NCBI GenBank assembly: GCA_963707985.1
Contig: CAVPRW010000048.1
Span: 96,001 to 160,000, forward strand
DNA from: an uncultured Nitrospinota bacterium
GTDB taxonomy: Bacteria > Tectomicrobia > Entotheonellia > J063 > CAVPRW01
Length of the DNA: 64,000 bases
Reading direction: 5' to 3'
Below, one piece after another: positions 31,504-41,075 of this stretch. The notes under the pieces were generated by a model that was not told the DNA's origin, made no database searches, and saw only the letters and a list, made by a program, of their open reading frames with translations. The translations under genes and the position numbers were made by a program. The first letter of the stretch is position 1; every line of letters starts with the position of its first letter.

Positions 31504-33255
31504 ATGCAGACGATCAACTTCGACATTGGACAACTGCTAAAGAAGGTTCGGGCTGGGCATTTCTTGATTCCTCAGTTTCAGCGCGATTTCACCTGGAAGG
31601 AGGGGCGAACTCGGTTACTGATAGATTCGATTGCCCGGAATTATCCGATTGGCTCCCTATTAATCCTCGGGAAAAACGATGCAGTACCTCTTAAGTCTCG
31701 GAAATTAGATGCCGATTATCCTCCGAAAGATCAAGACTCCGAAGTGCTTGAAAAGTTTGATGAACCGGGCTCGGAATCCTGCTACGTGCTCGATGGGCAG
31801 CAGCGTCTCACATCCATTGCCAGAGTTTTCCTGGACGCGCACGCAAACAGGAATTATTACTTCGATCTAAAAGGAATGTACGAGCTGTTCGACACCGAGA
31901 ATCCATCTTGGATTGTAAGTAGAAACCGAGGCATAAGGAATCCGGAGAGAAAAGACAACAACAGACTTCTTAGAACTGACATAGCCATGGAGCAGGCGCG
32001 ATGCGATGTTTACATATCCGAGTATATTGAAGACTCTGGAGATTTCCCTGAATTCGAGAAGGATAAAACAGCAGCTCGACAGGCGGCGGCAAAACTCAAG
32101 GGCGTATTCGAAACCATCCGGAAGTTTTCTCTTCCATTTGTTGCTTTGGATAACGACGCCCCATTGGAATCAGTATGCCGAGTATTCGAAACCATTAATT
32201 CTACCGGCACCAGACTTACCACATTTGACCTAGCGGTGGCACGTTATTATCCGAAGCCTGATCTCAAGGCTCTTCTCGACACTTCGACAGACAAATACCC
32301 CATTCTCGTAGACTATGAAATCGATGGTGAAAGGATATTGCAAATACTGTCACTTTATAACCTCAGAATGACCAACAAGTTTCCAGAGGCTACTCGCTCT
32401 GTGCTCCTCTCCTTAGATGCCGCATTTATTCCTGATCATTGGGATGCAGCCGTAGATCACTTGGCGGAAGCGTGTGATTGGATTCAGAAATTGGGTGCAA
32501 CTCCCAAGACCCAGCCTCCCCATGGCACCCTCGTGTCCATAGCAGCAACCCTGATGTGTTTTCCGGGTAGTCTCGTTAACCCAGAGTTCTCTTCGACATT
32601 AAGAAAATGGTATTTCTGCACCACCTTGGCGGCCAATCCATCGCCAGCGAACAACTATAAGATAGGTGATGACTTTCGAAAACTCTGCAATTTTCTCGAG
32701 CAGGGAACGTCCATACCGTACCCTCGGGTGTATTTTACCGAAGATAATTTGATCGACATTAAGCACATAACTGATAGCCGTTACAAAGCAATACAAGCTC
32801 TGATGAGGACGACCGTAAGAGAGGATCTCTTGACTGGCAATCCTCTGGGTGCAAATCTCGAGGATCATCACATATTCCCGTATTCTCTCAACAAGAGTGG
32901 AGTGAGCAAGCATAGGCTAAACTCTATCGTAAATCGCATTATCGTCTCGCAAGAAACAAACAGAAGTATCAGCAACCTGAACCCTGACAAGTACCTAGCG
33001 GATCTCGTAAAGCACCATATCTCTGAGGGTAATACGGGAGAGCTAGATAGACGGTTAACCAACTGTTTTATTCCCTATCTCTCGCTAGACCCTGAATTCA
33101 TTCACAAATTCTCGAAAGACAGCTTTGACGGTTTTCTCACGGACAGGGCGAATATGATACTGAAGCGCATACGGGATGTAGTCGGCGACGCCTGGCAAGC
33201 TTCAGTCGCCTCGGAGGAAAAGAATCTTGAAGACGATGAGTTCGTGGCATCGTAA
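31504..33255 (+). CDS. GmrSD-like protein, DUF262 plus HNH/DUF1524-like domain (cassette)
   Basis: IPQFQRDFTW, LDGQQRLT and VFETINSTG (DUF262); EDHHIFP...N...NR.ISN (HNH-like). Confidence 0.9.
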   Translation: MQTINFDIGQLLKKVRAGHFLIPQFQRDFTWKEGRTRLLIDSIARNYPIGSLLILGKNDAVPLKSRKLDADYPPKDQDSEVLEKFDEPGSESCYVLDGQQRLTSIARVFLDAHANRNYYFDLKGMYELFDTENPSWIVSRNRGIRNPERKDNNRLLRTDIAMEQARCDVYISEYIEDSGDFPEFEKDKTAARQAAAKLKGVFETIRKFSLPFVALDNDAPLESVCRVFETINSTGTRLTTFDLAVARYYPKPDLKALLDTSTDKYPILVDYEIDGERILQILSLYNLRMTNKFPEATRSVLLSLDAAFIPDHWDAAVDHLAEACDWIQKLGATPKTQPPHGTLVSIAATLMCFPGSLVNPEFSSTLRKWYFCTTLAANPSPANNYKIGDDFRKLCNFLEQGTSIPYPRVYFTEDNLIDIKHITDSRYKAIQALMRTTVREDLLTGNPLGANLEDHHIFPYSLNKSGVSKHRLNSIVNRIIVSQETNRSISNLNPDKYLADLVKHHISEGNTGELDRRLTNCFIPYLSLDPEFIHKFSKDSFDGFLTDRANMILKRIRDVVGDAWQASVASEEKNLEDDEFVAS

Positions 33256-33337
33256 ATCTAACAAAGCGCTGCAGCCGACTGCCTACAGCGTCCGCTCCGC
33301 TCCCGCTTTCGGCAGCGGCTGAGCGCCAGCGTTAGGC
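33256..33337 (+). other. attC site
   Basis: ATCTAAC-AAAGCGCTGCAGCCG...CGGCTGAGCGC-CAGC-GTTAGGC. Confidence 0.93.
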
Positions 33338-33373
33338 TTCCCGAGTTTTAGCGATTACACGAGGTGATATAAA

Positions 33374-34099
33374 ATGAAGTCACCAAGCTTCAAAGTAGCG
33401 GATGCGTTCAGTTTTGCTGGCGCACATGGGTTGCAGGCTGAGGCCGCGCAAATCCAGTCAATGGAAGTGCATCCGACGTTTAAGGCGCCTAATGTGGTTC
33501 GTAAAGGGTACCTCGTTGAGCTGTTCGAGGCACGAGGTTTGATGGAAGCCTTCGTAGAGCAGTATTGGTCTGGGCGCCACACTGACGCCGGCGAACGTCG
33601 GCGTGGGAAGTTCCTTGACCTAAAGCTTCGGAATGAACATCGACTCGACGGCGAGTTGGACGATGAAATGCCGGAGGACGAAGACGAGAGTGCTGAGGAG
33701 CAACGATTTGCACTGGAGGCCGACCTGCGGGATTTCTTGGCGGCAAATCTTCGGGTCATTGAGCCAGGGCTGAAGCTCTATCGGGACGGTGAGCAGGATG
33801 GCGTTGAATTTTCTGTGGACGGGGGGCGCATCGATATCTTGGCGATCGATCAGAACGGCACGCCCGTAGTGATCGAACTCAAGCTTTCGAAAGGCCGAAA
33901 TCGCGCGATCGGTCAACTTCTTTACTACATGGGTTGGGTGGATAAGAACCTCGGCAAGGGTCGGAGTCGAGGGATCATTGTGGCAAGAGATATCCCGGAT
34001 GATTTGCTCCTTGCCACACAGCGTGTTTCTGGTGTGTCGCTCTACCGCTACAGTGTGAGCATGGTCGTGGAAGCTGTGCGATTCCCGGGCGAAGCCTAA
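33374..34099 (+). CDS. NucS/DUF91-type endonuclease domain protein (cassette)
   Basis: FALEADLRDFL...GRIDILAID...VVIELK...AIGQLLYYMGWV. Confidence 0.85.
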   Translation: MKSPSFKVADAFSFAGAHGLQAEAAQIQSMEVHPTFKAPNVVRKGYLVELFEARGLMEAFVEQYWSGRHTDAGERRRGKFLDLKLRNEHRLDGELDDEMPEDEDESAEEQRFALEADLRDFLAANLRVIEPGLKLYRDGEQDGVEFSVDGGRIDILAIDQNGTPVVIELKLSKGRNRAIGQLLYYMGWVDKNLGKGRSRGIIVARDIPDDLLLATQRVSGVSLYRYSVSMVVEAVRFPGEA

Positions 34100-35007
34100 C
34101 CAAGGCGTGCTCGCGCCAAGGTAAGCCCGAAACCTTGGAATTGGGTGAAAACCCATGAAATTGGTTGATGTTTCCCAGTGGGTGCGCACACCGTGCAAGT
34201 CCCACCTGACGAACGTCTAGCCAACAGGTCAGGAGCGAACCCGCGTGCCTCCCCGCAAGGGGCCGTACGGAGCCGGGTGTCGCGAGAAGGCAGGCCGCGT
34301 GATTGAGCCCCGACAGGTGTAGAGTCGTGGACAAGAGGATATCCTTCAGGGGGATCGAAGGGAAAGCCGACGGTTGGCAAGCGCCGGAAGGCAGCAGTCC
34401 TGGATGCATTAGGGCGAGTATCGAGGACACCACCGGGGTCTGAGAGCGGGGCATGTCTGCAGAGGGGGGACTCGGGAACGTGGGAGAGCCACCCGTCTCC
34501 TTGTACCAGTGCCGGAACAGGGGGAGCGGCGGACCACAGGCCCTGGCGTGGCCCGGGGGCTTCCACCGGGCGACGAGCCGGAAACGGAGACCACGAACGT
34601 GGGAAGCCAGCAAGGGACTCGGGGTGCGAGCGACCAGCGCAGCACCCCGAGACGGGCAGGGTGGCAGTCGTCGCGGCGCATAGTACCGAGGAAGGTGGGG
34701 ACGTGAGGCCCAAGCGACCCACGGGAGGGAAGGCGCCGTCGGGCAGAGCCTCCGCTGGTCGGAGACAGGGGAGAGACCTAGAGCTCACGAACCCTGACCA
34801 CGGCAGGCCAGTGGACTGTGGAGCCAGGGCGACCTTGCGTGGGCAGCAGCCGCTCTGTCTGAGGAACCGTATGCGTGAATGGCGCACGTACGGATCTGTG
34901 GGGGGGCCGGATGGGTAACCATCGGCTCTACCCGGCAGCCGACGGCAAACAGCGTCCGCTCGTCCCTCGCTCCCACTGTTCGCCGCGCCTGATGCCCAGC
35001 GTTCGGC
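34094..35007 (+). other. attC site interrupted by a group II intron
   Basis: GCCTAAC-CAA-GGCGTGC | intron | AGCCGAC...GCCTGATGCC-CAGC-GTTCGGC. Confidence 0.88.
34111..34936 (+). ncRNA. ORF-less group II intron, copy 2 (826 nt)
   Basis: Near-identical to 29658-30484 (7 substitutions and 1 indel counted by eye). Confidence 0.88.
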
Positions 35008-35032
35008 AGACCAACGACAGAGGAGTAGCTGC

Positions 35033-36076
35033 ATGCGAATAGTCTTTGAACCCATGGAGGTACGCAAGGGCCTCCGTCAACTACGAGGCACACTTGTGGC
35101 TGCGCTCGGGGAAGCCACTCTCAAGCACTGGAGCTTTCCTGGGGCGAGCCAGGATGACAGGTTGCCCACATGGTCGGGCACCGCAGAAGGCTCGCCGTTC
35201 ACCATTGCGATCGGGGACGAGGGGAGATGGACAAGCCGGACACCTGTCCTTCTCGCGCGAGAGGAGTCTTATAATGGAATGACGCCGGTCGTGGAGATCA
35301 ACGTACCAGTCGCAGATGGCAGGATTAATCGCAAGGTCAATGGCTGCCTCTGCATGGACGACAACGGGGACTTCATTCTCGTGCACAGGGGAACGCGCTT
35401 CACTGTTACCCCCTACGTTGTGACGAAAGCAAGTGTGCATAAGCACTTTGCCAAGTGGCTGACGTTGGTGGACGACGGCGACGAAGAGACGCCAGTGATC
35501 CCCGTGGGGCCAATCGTGCAGGGCTTCGTTGAGCACGCGTCGGCCTTCGCAGATGCGGTGGCCATCCTTAAGCAAATATGGGCGGAATCCCAGGGAAACG
35601 TGGGTGTCGCGGAAGCCGCACTTGGCTGGTCTGAGGACTTGAACTTCCCAGATGTCATTGAACGCTCCACCGGCGAGTCCCGCGGGCTGTTCGAGTATCG
35701 TCATGGGCCTCTCCAGACGAAACTCATGGCTGTACTTCGCCAGTTACTGCCGTCAGGCTGTCGGGTGGTGCGGAATCAACGAATTGACTTGGGTATCCTC
35801 CGAGGAACCAGCCTCGATGCGATTTTCGAGGTCAAGACCGGCCTTGGCCACCAGATCTACTCCGCTATTGGGCAGTTGCTGTGCTACAAAGCGGAGTTCG
35901 GCCATGCCGCGACACGGCTCATTGTGGTACTTCCGTCCGAAGCATGTTCTAAGGGCGAAGCAACAGCGACCGGTCGACTCCTTCAGAAGCTCGGAATTGA
36001 ACTCCTGATGGGACGCGGGCAGAAGTTCCGGACCTGGGACGGCAGCCATCTTCGACAACTCCCGTACCTTTCATAA
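35033..36076 (+). CDS. Hypothetical protein with a C-terminal PD-(D/E)XK nuclease-like domain (cassette)
   Basis: HGPLQ...RIDLGI...IFEVKT...IYSAIGQLLCY; GAGGAG RBS. Confidence 0.7.
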   Translation: MRIVFEPMEVRKGLRQLRGTLVAALGEATLKHWSFPGASQDDRLPTWSGTAEGSPFTIAIGDEGRWTSRTPVLLAREESYNGMTPVVEINVPVADGRINRKVNGCLCMDDNGDFILVHRGTRFTVTPYVVTKASVHKHFAKWLTLVDDGDEETPVIPVGPIVQGFVEHASAFADAVAILKQIWAESQGNVGVAEAALGWSEDLNFPDVIERSTGESRGLFEYRHGPLQTKLMAVLRQLLPSGCRVVRNQRIDLGILRGTSLDAIFEVKTGLGHQIYSAIGQLLCYKAEFGHAATRLIVVLPSEACSKGEATATGRLLQKLGIELLMGRGQKFRTWDGSHLRQLPYLS

Positions 36077-36104
36077 GCTTGTACATAAGCATCGACGAAA
36101 CTGG

Positions 36105-36136
36105 GCCGACCACACGCTTCGTGCTGACCGTTCGGC
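36105..36136 (+). other. Internally deleted attC remnant
   Basis: GCCGACC...GTTCGGC spanning only 32 nt, at the expected position. Confidence 0.5.
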
Positions 36137-36221
36137 TGCTTTCGGGGATCGCTTAGAGCATGTTACATTCTATGTCCTGGAAACATACGCTCTATAACTA
36201 GGCATAAAGCCGAGGTCCGCC

Positions 36222-36452
36222 ATGAACGTCTCTCTTGAGTTCCCTGATGCCGCCTCTCTCACGCAGTTCGATCACGACTACCTGAAGGCAGTGTTGATTG
36301 CCACACTCTACCATCTCGGCCAACTCTCTGAACACGAAGCCTGTGTGGCGTTAGGGGTTACCCGCCGCGCCTTTGAGGAACTCTTGCCGCGGTTTGGGTT
36401 CTCCGTGTTGGCAGATGATCAGGATACCATCGACGTTGAACGGCACGCATGA
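36222..36452 (+). CDS. UPF0175-family antitoxin
   Basis: LYHLGQLSEHEACVALGVTRRAFEELL. Confidence 0.8.
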   Translation: MNVSLEFPDAASLTQFDHDYLKAVLIATLYHLGQLSEHEACVALGVTRRAFEELLPRFGFSVLADDQDTIDVERHA

Positions 36453-36852
36453 TGGAGGCGAGGCGTATTGTCAGCAATACCGGGCCGCTGATCTCATTAG
36501 AGAAGCTACATCAAGGCTACGACTTTATCCGGCTGCTGTACGACACGATCATCATTCCTCCAGGCGTGTTTGACGAGGTTGCAGAGGGACAGTTTGCCAC
36601 TCCCCACGCCTATTGGCAGCACTATGGCATCGTGGACTTGATCGAGGTCCACGCTGTGTCACGGAACGAGAGGCTTCCAGAAGCAGCCCGCTTGCATGTT
36701 GGCGAGGCCCAAGCGATCCACCTAGCGCTGGAACTTGCGCTCCCACTCCTCATTGAAGAAACGGTTGGGCGCCGGGTTGCTCAGGGCATGGGCATCTCCA
36801 TTTCAGGGATTGTGGGGCAAGTACTAAAGGCGTTTCGTCAAGGAGCTATTAC
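36449..36852 (+). pseudogene. DUF3368-type PIN toxin truncated by the MITE
   Basis: IVSNTGPLISL...IPPGVFDEV...LHVGEAQAI...LLIEE..GRRVA; the frame runs into the MITE. Confidence 0.8.
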
Positions 36853-37705
<853 letters not shown>

Positions 37706-37711
37706 ACAGCC

Positions 37712-38105
37712 TCTCACGGTGAACCCTGATAGGCCGGCACGTCGCTGCAGATGTAGGCGGCGAGCAGTCGTGCCTGCACCTCTAGCATGCTGCTGTAGCT
37801 CATCTTGCACCCAAATAACGGGTGTGTCACGATGATGGATTTGCGACGCTCATGGGTTTCGAGAAGGGTGCGGCGGCCGGCGTCGGTGAGCTGACAGGCG
37901 CCGTTCCAGATGATGAAATCGGCGACAGAGAGCTTGCCATTGCTGACCAGCGTCAGCACCATGGAGTCGGCATCACAGCGCAGAGCTCCGCCATCAAATC
38001 CAGAGCCAATGTTCGCCGGGCGTGTTTGCCACCCTGAAAAAACCCGAGATAGGGGTCAAACCCGACAGTGGGTGGAGCTGAGAAGGTTTCCTTCGCCAGC
38101 AATGT
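37712..38105 (-). pseudogene. cas1: Cas1 C-terminal fragment, copy B, frameshifted
   Basis: GFDPYLGFF...LALDLMAE and THPLFGCKMSY...LEVQARLLA. Confidence 0.85.
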
Positions 38106-38123
38106 CGCCTGCGGTGTCGAGCC

Positions 38124-38188
38124 GCCGAACGGTTCCGGCATCAACCGTGTGAGCCTCGTGGCACGTCGCCTGCCTGCCCTGGTTAGGC
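38124..38188 (-). other. attC site on the minus strand inside the cas locus
   Basis: Minus strand GCCTAAC-CAG-GGCAGGCAGGCG...CGGTTGATGCC-GGAACC-GTTCGGC; matching R' GTTAGGC at 38805-38799. Confidence 0.7.
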
Positions 38189-38199
38189 CGATAGCAGGG

Positions 38200-38514
38200 T
38201 TAGCGATCACAGGCAGTAGTATCCTGGTCGTCCAGATGTGCCTCACCGATCCGCTGATAGAGTTCTCGCAACGCGGTGACGGCTTGGTCGGCCAAGGCAA
38301 ACCAGTCTTGGTTCTGAGCACAGGCTGGATGGGAGAGGACGTATTGTTCCACAATGTCACCTGCCATCGAGGTTCTGTCCAACAGTTCGTGACACCCAAA
38401 CGATCCCGGCTTGTACGGCTCGGACCACTGCGGCCCGTGCTCGGCAATCAGTTCCTCAATGTGCCGTTGCCGTTCGCGCTCCAGGTCCGGCGCCTTAGCT
38501 GAGTGTGGGTTCAT
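38200..38514 (-). CDS. Hypothetical helical protein (cassette)
   Basis: 104 aa; starts 2 nt after the hicA stop and is followed by the attC. Confidence 0.65.
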   Translation of the reverse strand: MNPHSAKAPDLERERQRHIEELIAEHGPQWSEPYKPGSFGCHELLDRTSMAGDIVEQYVLSHPACAQNQDWFALADQAVTALRELYQRIGEAHLDDQDTTACDR

Positions 38515-38516
38515 GC

Positions 38517-38705
38517 TTAGACCTCCAGTCCAGCTTGTCGGAGGATACTCTTGTAAGTACCCCTGGGCAGATCGTCTGACATGTTTCCGGGTACTGTGAC
38601 CTTGCCAGCTTTGGTGGGATGCTTGAATTGCCGGTGGCTTCCTCTCTGGGCCACTTGAACCCAGCCATCGTTTGCCAGCAATCGCATGACATCCCGAACC
38701 TTCAT
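38517..38705 (-). CDS. hicA: HicA-family toxin
   Basis: MKVRDVMRLL..DGW...RGSHRQFKHP.K.GKVTVPG...SILRQAGL. Confidence 0.9.
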   Translation of the reverse strand: MKVRDVMRLLANDGWVQVAQRGSHRQFKHPTKAGKVTVPGNMSDDLPRGTYKSILRQAGLEV

Positions 38706-38921
38706 ATCACGATCACGCCGTTGCTCTCCGTTGAGTCCTGGTTCGTTCGTGGATTCTTCGTTTGTCTCGCCATGCAGCTTCACCTGTCCGCACAGGAGGC
38801 CTAACGAGGGATGGACTTCTTTGAGAATGTCAATGGTCCAGTGCTCTTATGCTTCAAAACCTCCAAGAGAAGCCGCCTGGTAGATTCTGCCACTGCAATT
38901 GAGGTGTGGGAAACCTCAAAG

Positions 38922-39158
38922 CTACACCTTTGCAGGGATTCTCTCGCTGAGGATTAGATTCGCGATCGGCAAGGCCACCACTTCAAGCCGGGAGAGATCG
39001 ATAAAGGTGCTGGCATCTTCAATCTCAATACCAATCACCCGATTCCCTTCGTCAAAGTCGAGGACAATACCAGGGGCGACTTCCTCTGACTCCGTACTCA
39101 CCCCGTCGGCAAGTTTGATATAAAGCATATCCGTGTCTGGATGATATTGAACAACCAT
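38922..39158 (-). CDS. DUF2283-family putative antitoxin
   Basis: YHPDTDMLYIKL...SEEVAPGIVLDFDE.NRVIGIEI. Confidence 0.85.
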   Translation of the reverse strand: MVVQYHPDTDMLYIKLADGVSTESEEVAPGIVLDFDEGNRVIGIEIEDASTFIDLSRLEVVALPIANLILSERIPAKV

Positions 39159-39179
39159 TTTCCCACACCCTCCTGAATT

Positions 39180-39410
39180 TCAGGGCCTGAAGCGACGATC
39201 AACGAACGCGTTATGCACAGTGTCCCCATCTGCTTCAGTCACGACCCGTAGATACTTACCCACATCGGGGATCAGCGCCCAGCGACGAATTCGTCCATTC
39301 GCTTGCACCTCTGTGCGGAGAGGGTTCGTGAGCGCCGATTCGATCCATTCCTGTCTGAGATATGGGCGACGGGTCATCACAGTTGTGGAGAAGTAAGGAG
39401 TTGTCTTCAT
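39180..39410 (-). CDS. Small putative toxin paired with DUF2283
   Basis: RPYLRQEWIE...QANGRIRRW...YLRVVTEADG.TVHNAF.DR. Confidence 0.7.
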   Translation of the reverse strand: MKTTPYFSTTVMTRRPYLRQEWIESALTNPLRTEVQANGRIRRWALIPDVGKYLRVVTEADGDTVHNAFVDRRFRP

Positions 39411-39435
39411 CCATGGTAACCCATATGTTCCACCC

Positions 39436-39720
39436 TCAGCTCACGATGACTACATCCAGAGCATCATACGCAGGCATTGGAAGGCCAAGCGCCTCGATCT
39501 CGGCGGCACACATGGCTCATAGGCGGATGAAGAGCACCTGATCTTCCTTCAGGTCGATGATCTCCTCCAGGCGGGCCTTTAAACGTACGAGGTCCACCGC
39601 CGAGATCCGACAGAGGAAAACGGACAATTGGCGGCGACAGCCGAAGTCCTCGCATGCCTTGGCGACACGACGCAGGCGTTTGGGATGACGAATGTCGTAG
39701 GTGACAATGTGTGTTTCCAT
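39436..39720 (-). pseudogene. cas2: Cas2, copy A, with an in-frame TGA at 39517-39519
   Basis: [21 protein letters not shown]...; same 285-nt length as copy B; TGA replaces a Cys codon. Confidence 0.85.
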
Positions 39721-39724
39721 TGCT

Positions 39725-41071
39725 CCTCGCGATAAATGTATCATGTTCGAGATAAGTGAGCTGGCAAGCACCATTCCAGACGATGAAATCAGACGCGGAA
39801 AGCATACCATTGTTGATCAAGGTTAACACGACAGAATCGGCGATGACGGCGCGGAACTCCTCCATCAAATCCAGGGCCAACGATGGACGGCCGTGTTTGC
39901 CGCCGTGGAAAAACCCCAGATAGGGGTCAAAGCCAACGGTGAGCAAGGCCGAGAAGGCATCCTTGGCCAGAATGGCATAGGCGAATGACAACAGTGCATT
40001 CACCGGATCGCGTGGCGGACGCCGGTTGCGTGACCGGAAGTCAAAGCCCCCACCAGGAACTGCAGCGTGCAACATGCGCCCAAAGGCCCCGAAATAGGCG
40101 GATGAACCCGCAGCATGACGTTCTTGGACGGTGCCGGCGTCAGCGCGCCGATGAAGCGTCCATAGCGCGTCAGCAGCGTCACAGGAACTTCTTGTTGAAC
40201 CAGGGTCTCCACCGCCTGCGTGGAGATTTGTACGTTGCCGAACAGTACCACTTGTCGCACCGCCGCCAGGGGAATACGGTTGATCTCCTGCCGCTCCAGA
40301 CTGACGACCAGGTGCTCACTGCGTTTCCCTACATACGATCCCTGCTCCTGCAGATAGAGGACGGCCCCTCTCGTCGAGCTCCGGCAGGACACGAGAGATG
40401 CTCGTGGGCCTAACCTGTTGGGGAATGACCTCGCCGGATTCCTGGAGATAGCGCGTCTCCTCCGGCTGGCAGATAGTCAGCAGGGAGCAGCCATGGCAGC
40501 GATGTGTCAAATCAGGCGGTAGCGGTGGTGGGGGTTGATCGGCAGCCGCAATCGCGCGAATGCGAGCGATGGCATCGAAGGTTTGCTGGCGTAACGCCCC
40601 ATCCAATGGCACCCTGACCCGGCTCTTCGAGCCGATGTAATAGAGGAATGCCGCGGACACCTGCTGCCCCAAGTGCTCCTCTAGGAGGAGGGCTTGGCCG
40701 CAGAGCTGCACCGCGTCGTTGTCCCAATAGGTGGCCTGGCCATTGACATCCGTGGGGGCCGGCGAGCGCTTGTACTCGACCGGATAGACCTCACCATCCT
40801 TCGCTTCGATGAGGTCGAGCTTACCAGTTAAGCCCAGTGCCTCAGAGGCCAGGGAAACGCTGCGCGTGTGGATGGTTTCGCGCTCTTTGCGGGGCCGCAG
40901 CGCAGCCTTAGGGTCGTTGACGCGATTGTGTTTGACGACGCCGTCCTCGACGTGCTCGTTAATGACCATCAACCCTTCGACATATTGCAGCCAATACAGG
41001 CGCGGGCAATAGGTCACCTGGTTGAGGGCACGGACGGGGATGAGATCGGTTGGTGCATCGGTGGCCAGCAT
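39725..41071 (-). pseudogene. cas1: Cas4-Cas1 fusion with a frameshift and internal deletions in the Cas1 part
   Basis: Cas4: YCPR, GKLDLIE..VEYKR, QLCGQALLLEE, CHGCSLLTICQP. Cas1: [40 protein letters not shown]. Confidence 0.9.
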
Positions 41072-41075
41072 GGGT

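Larger units (their letters stand above)
23364..36852 (+). mobile_element. Integron gene-cassette array lacking an integrase in the window (CALIN-like)
   Basis: Co-oriented unrelated genes, each followed by a RYYNAAC...GTTNRRY imperfect palindrome; the R' before and R'' after each cassette are complementary at 6-7 of 7 positions. Confidence 0.93.

Noticed and set aside
38811..38840. Plus-strand ATGGACTTCTTTGAGAA resembling the cas3 start
   Set aside because: The match is too short, on the opposite strand and does not continue; treated as coincidence
39517..39519. Selenocysteine readthrough of the TGA in cas2 (aligned with a Cys in copy B)
   Set aside because: The surrounding cas genes are decayed and no SECIS was recognised; a nonsense mutation is simpler
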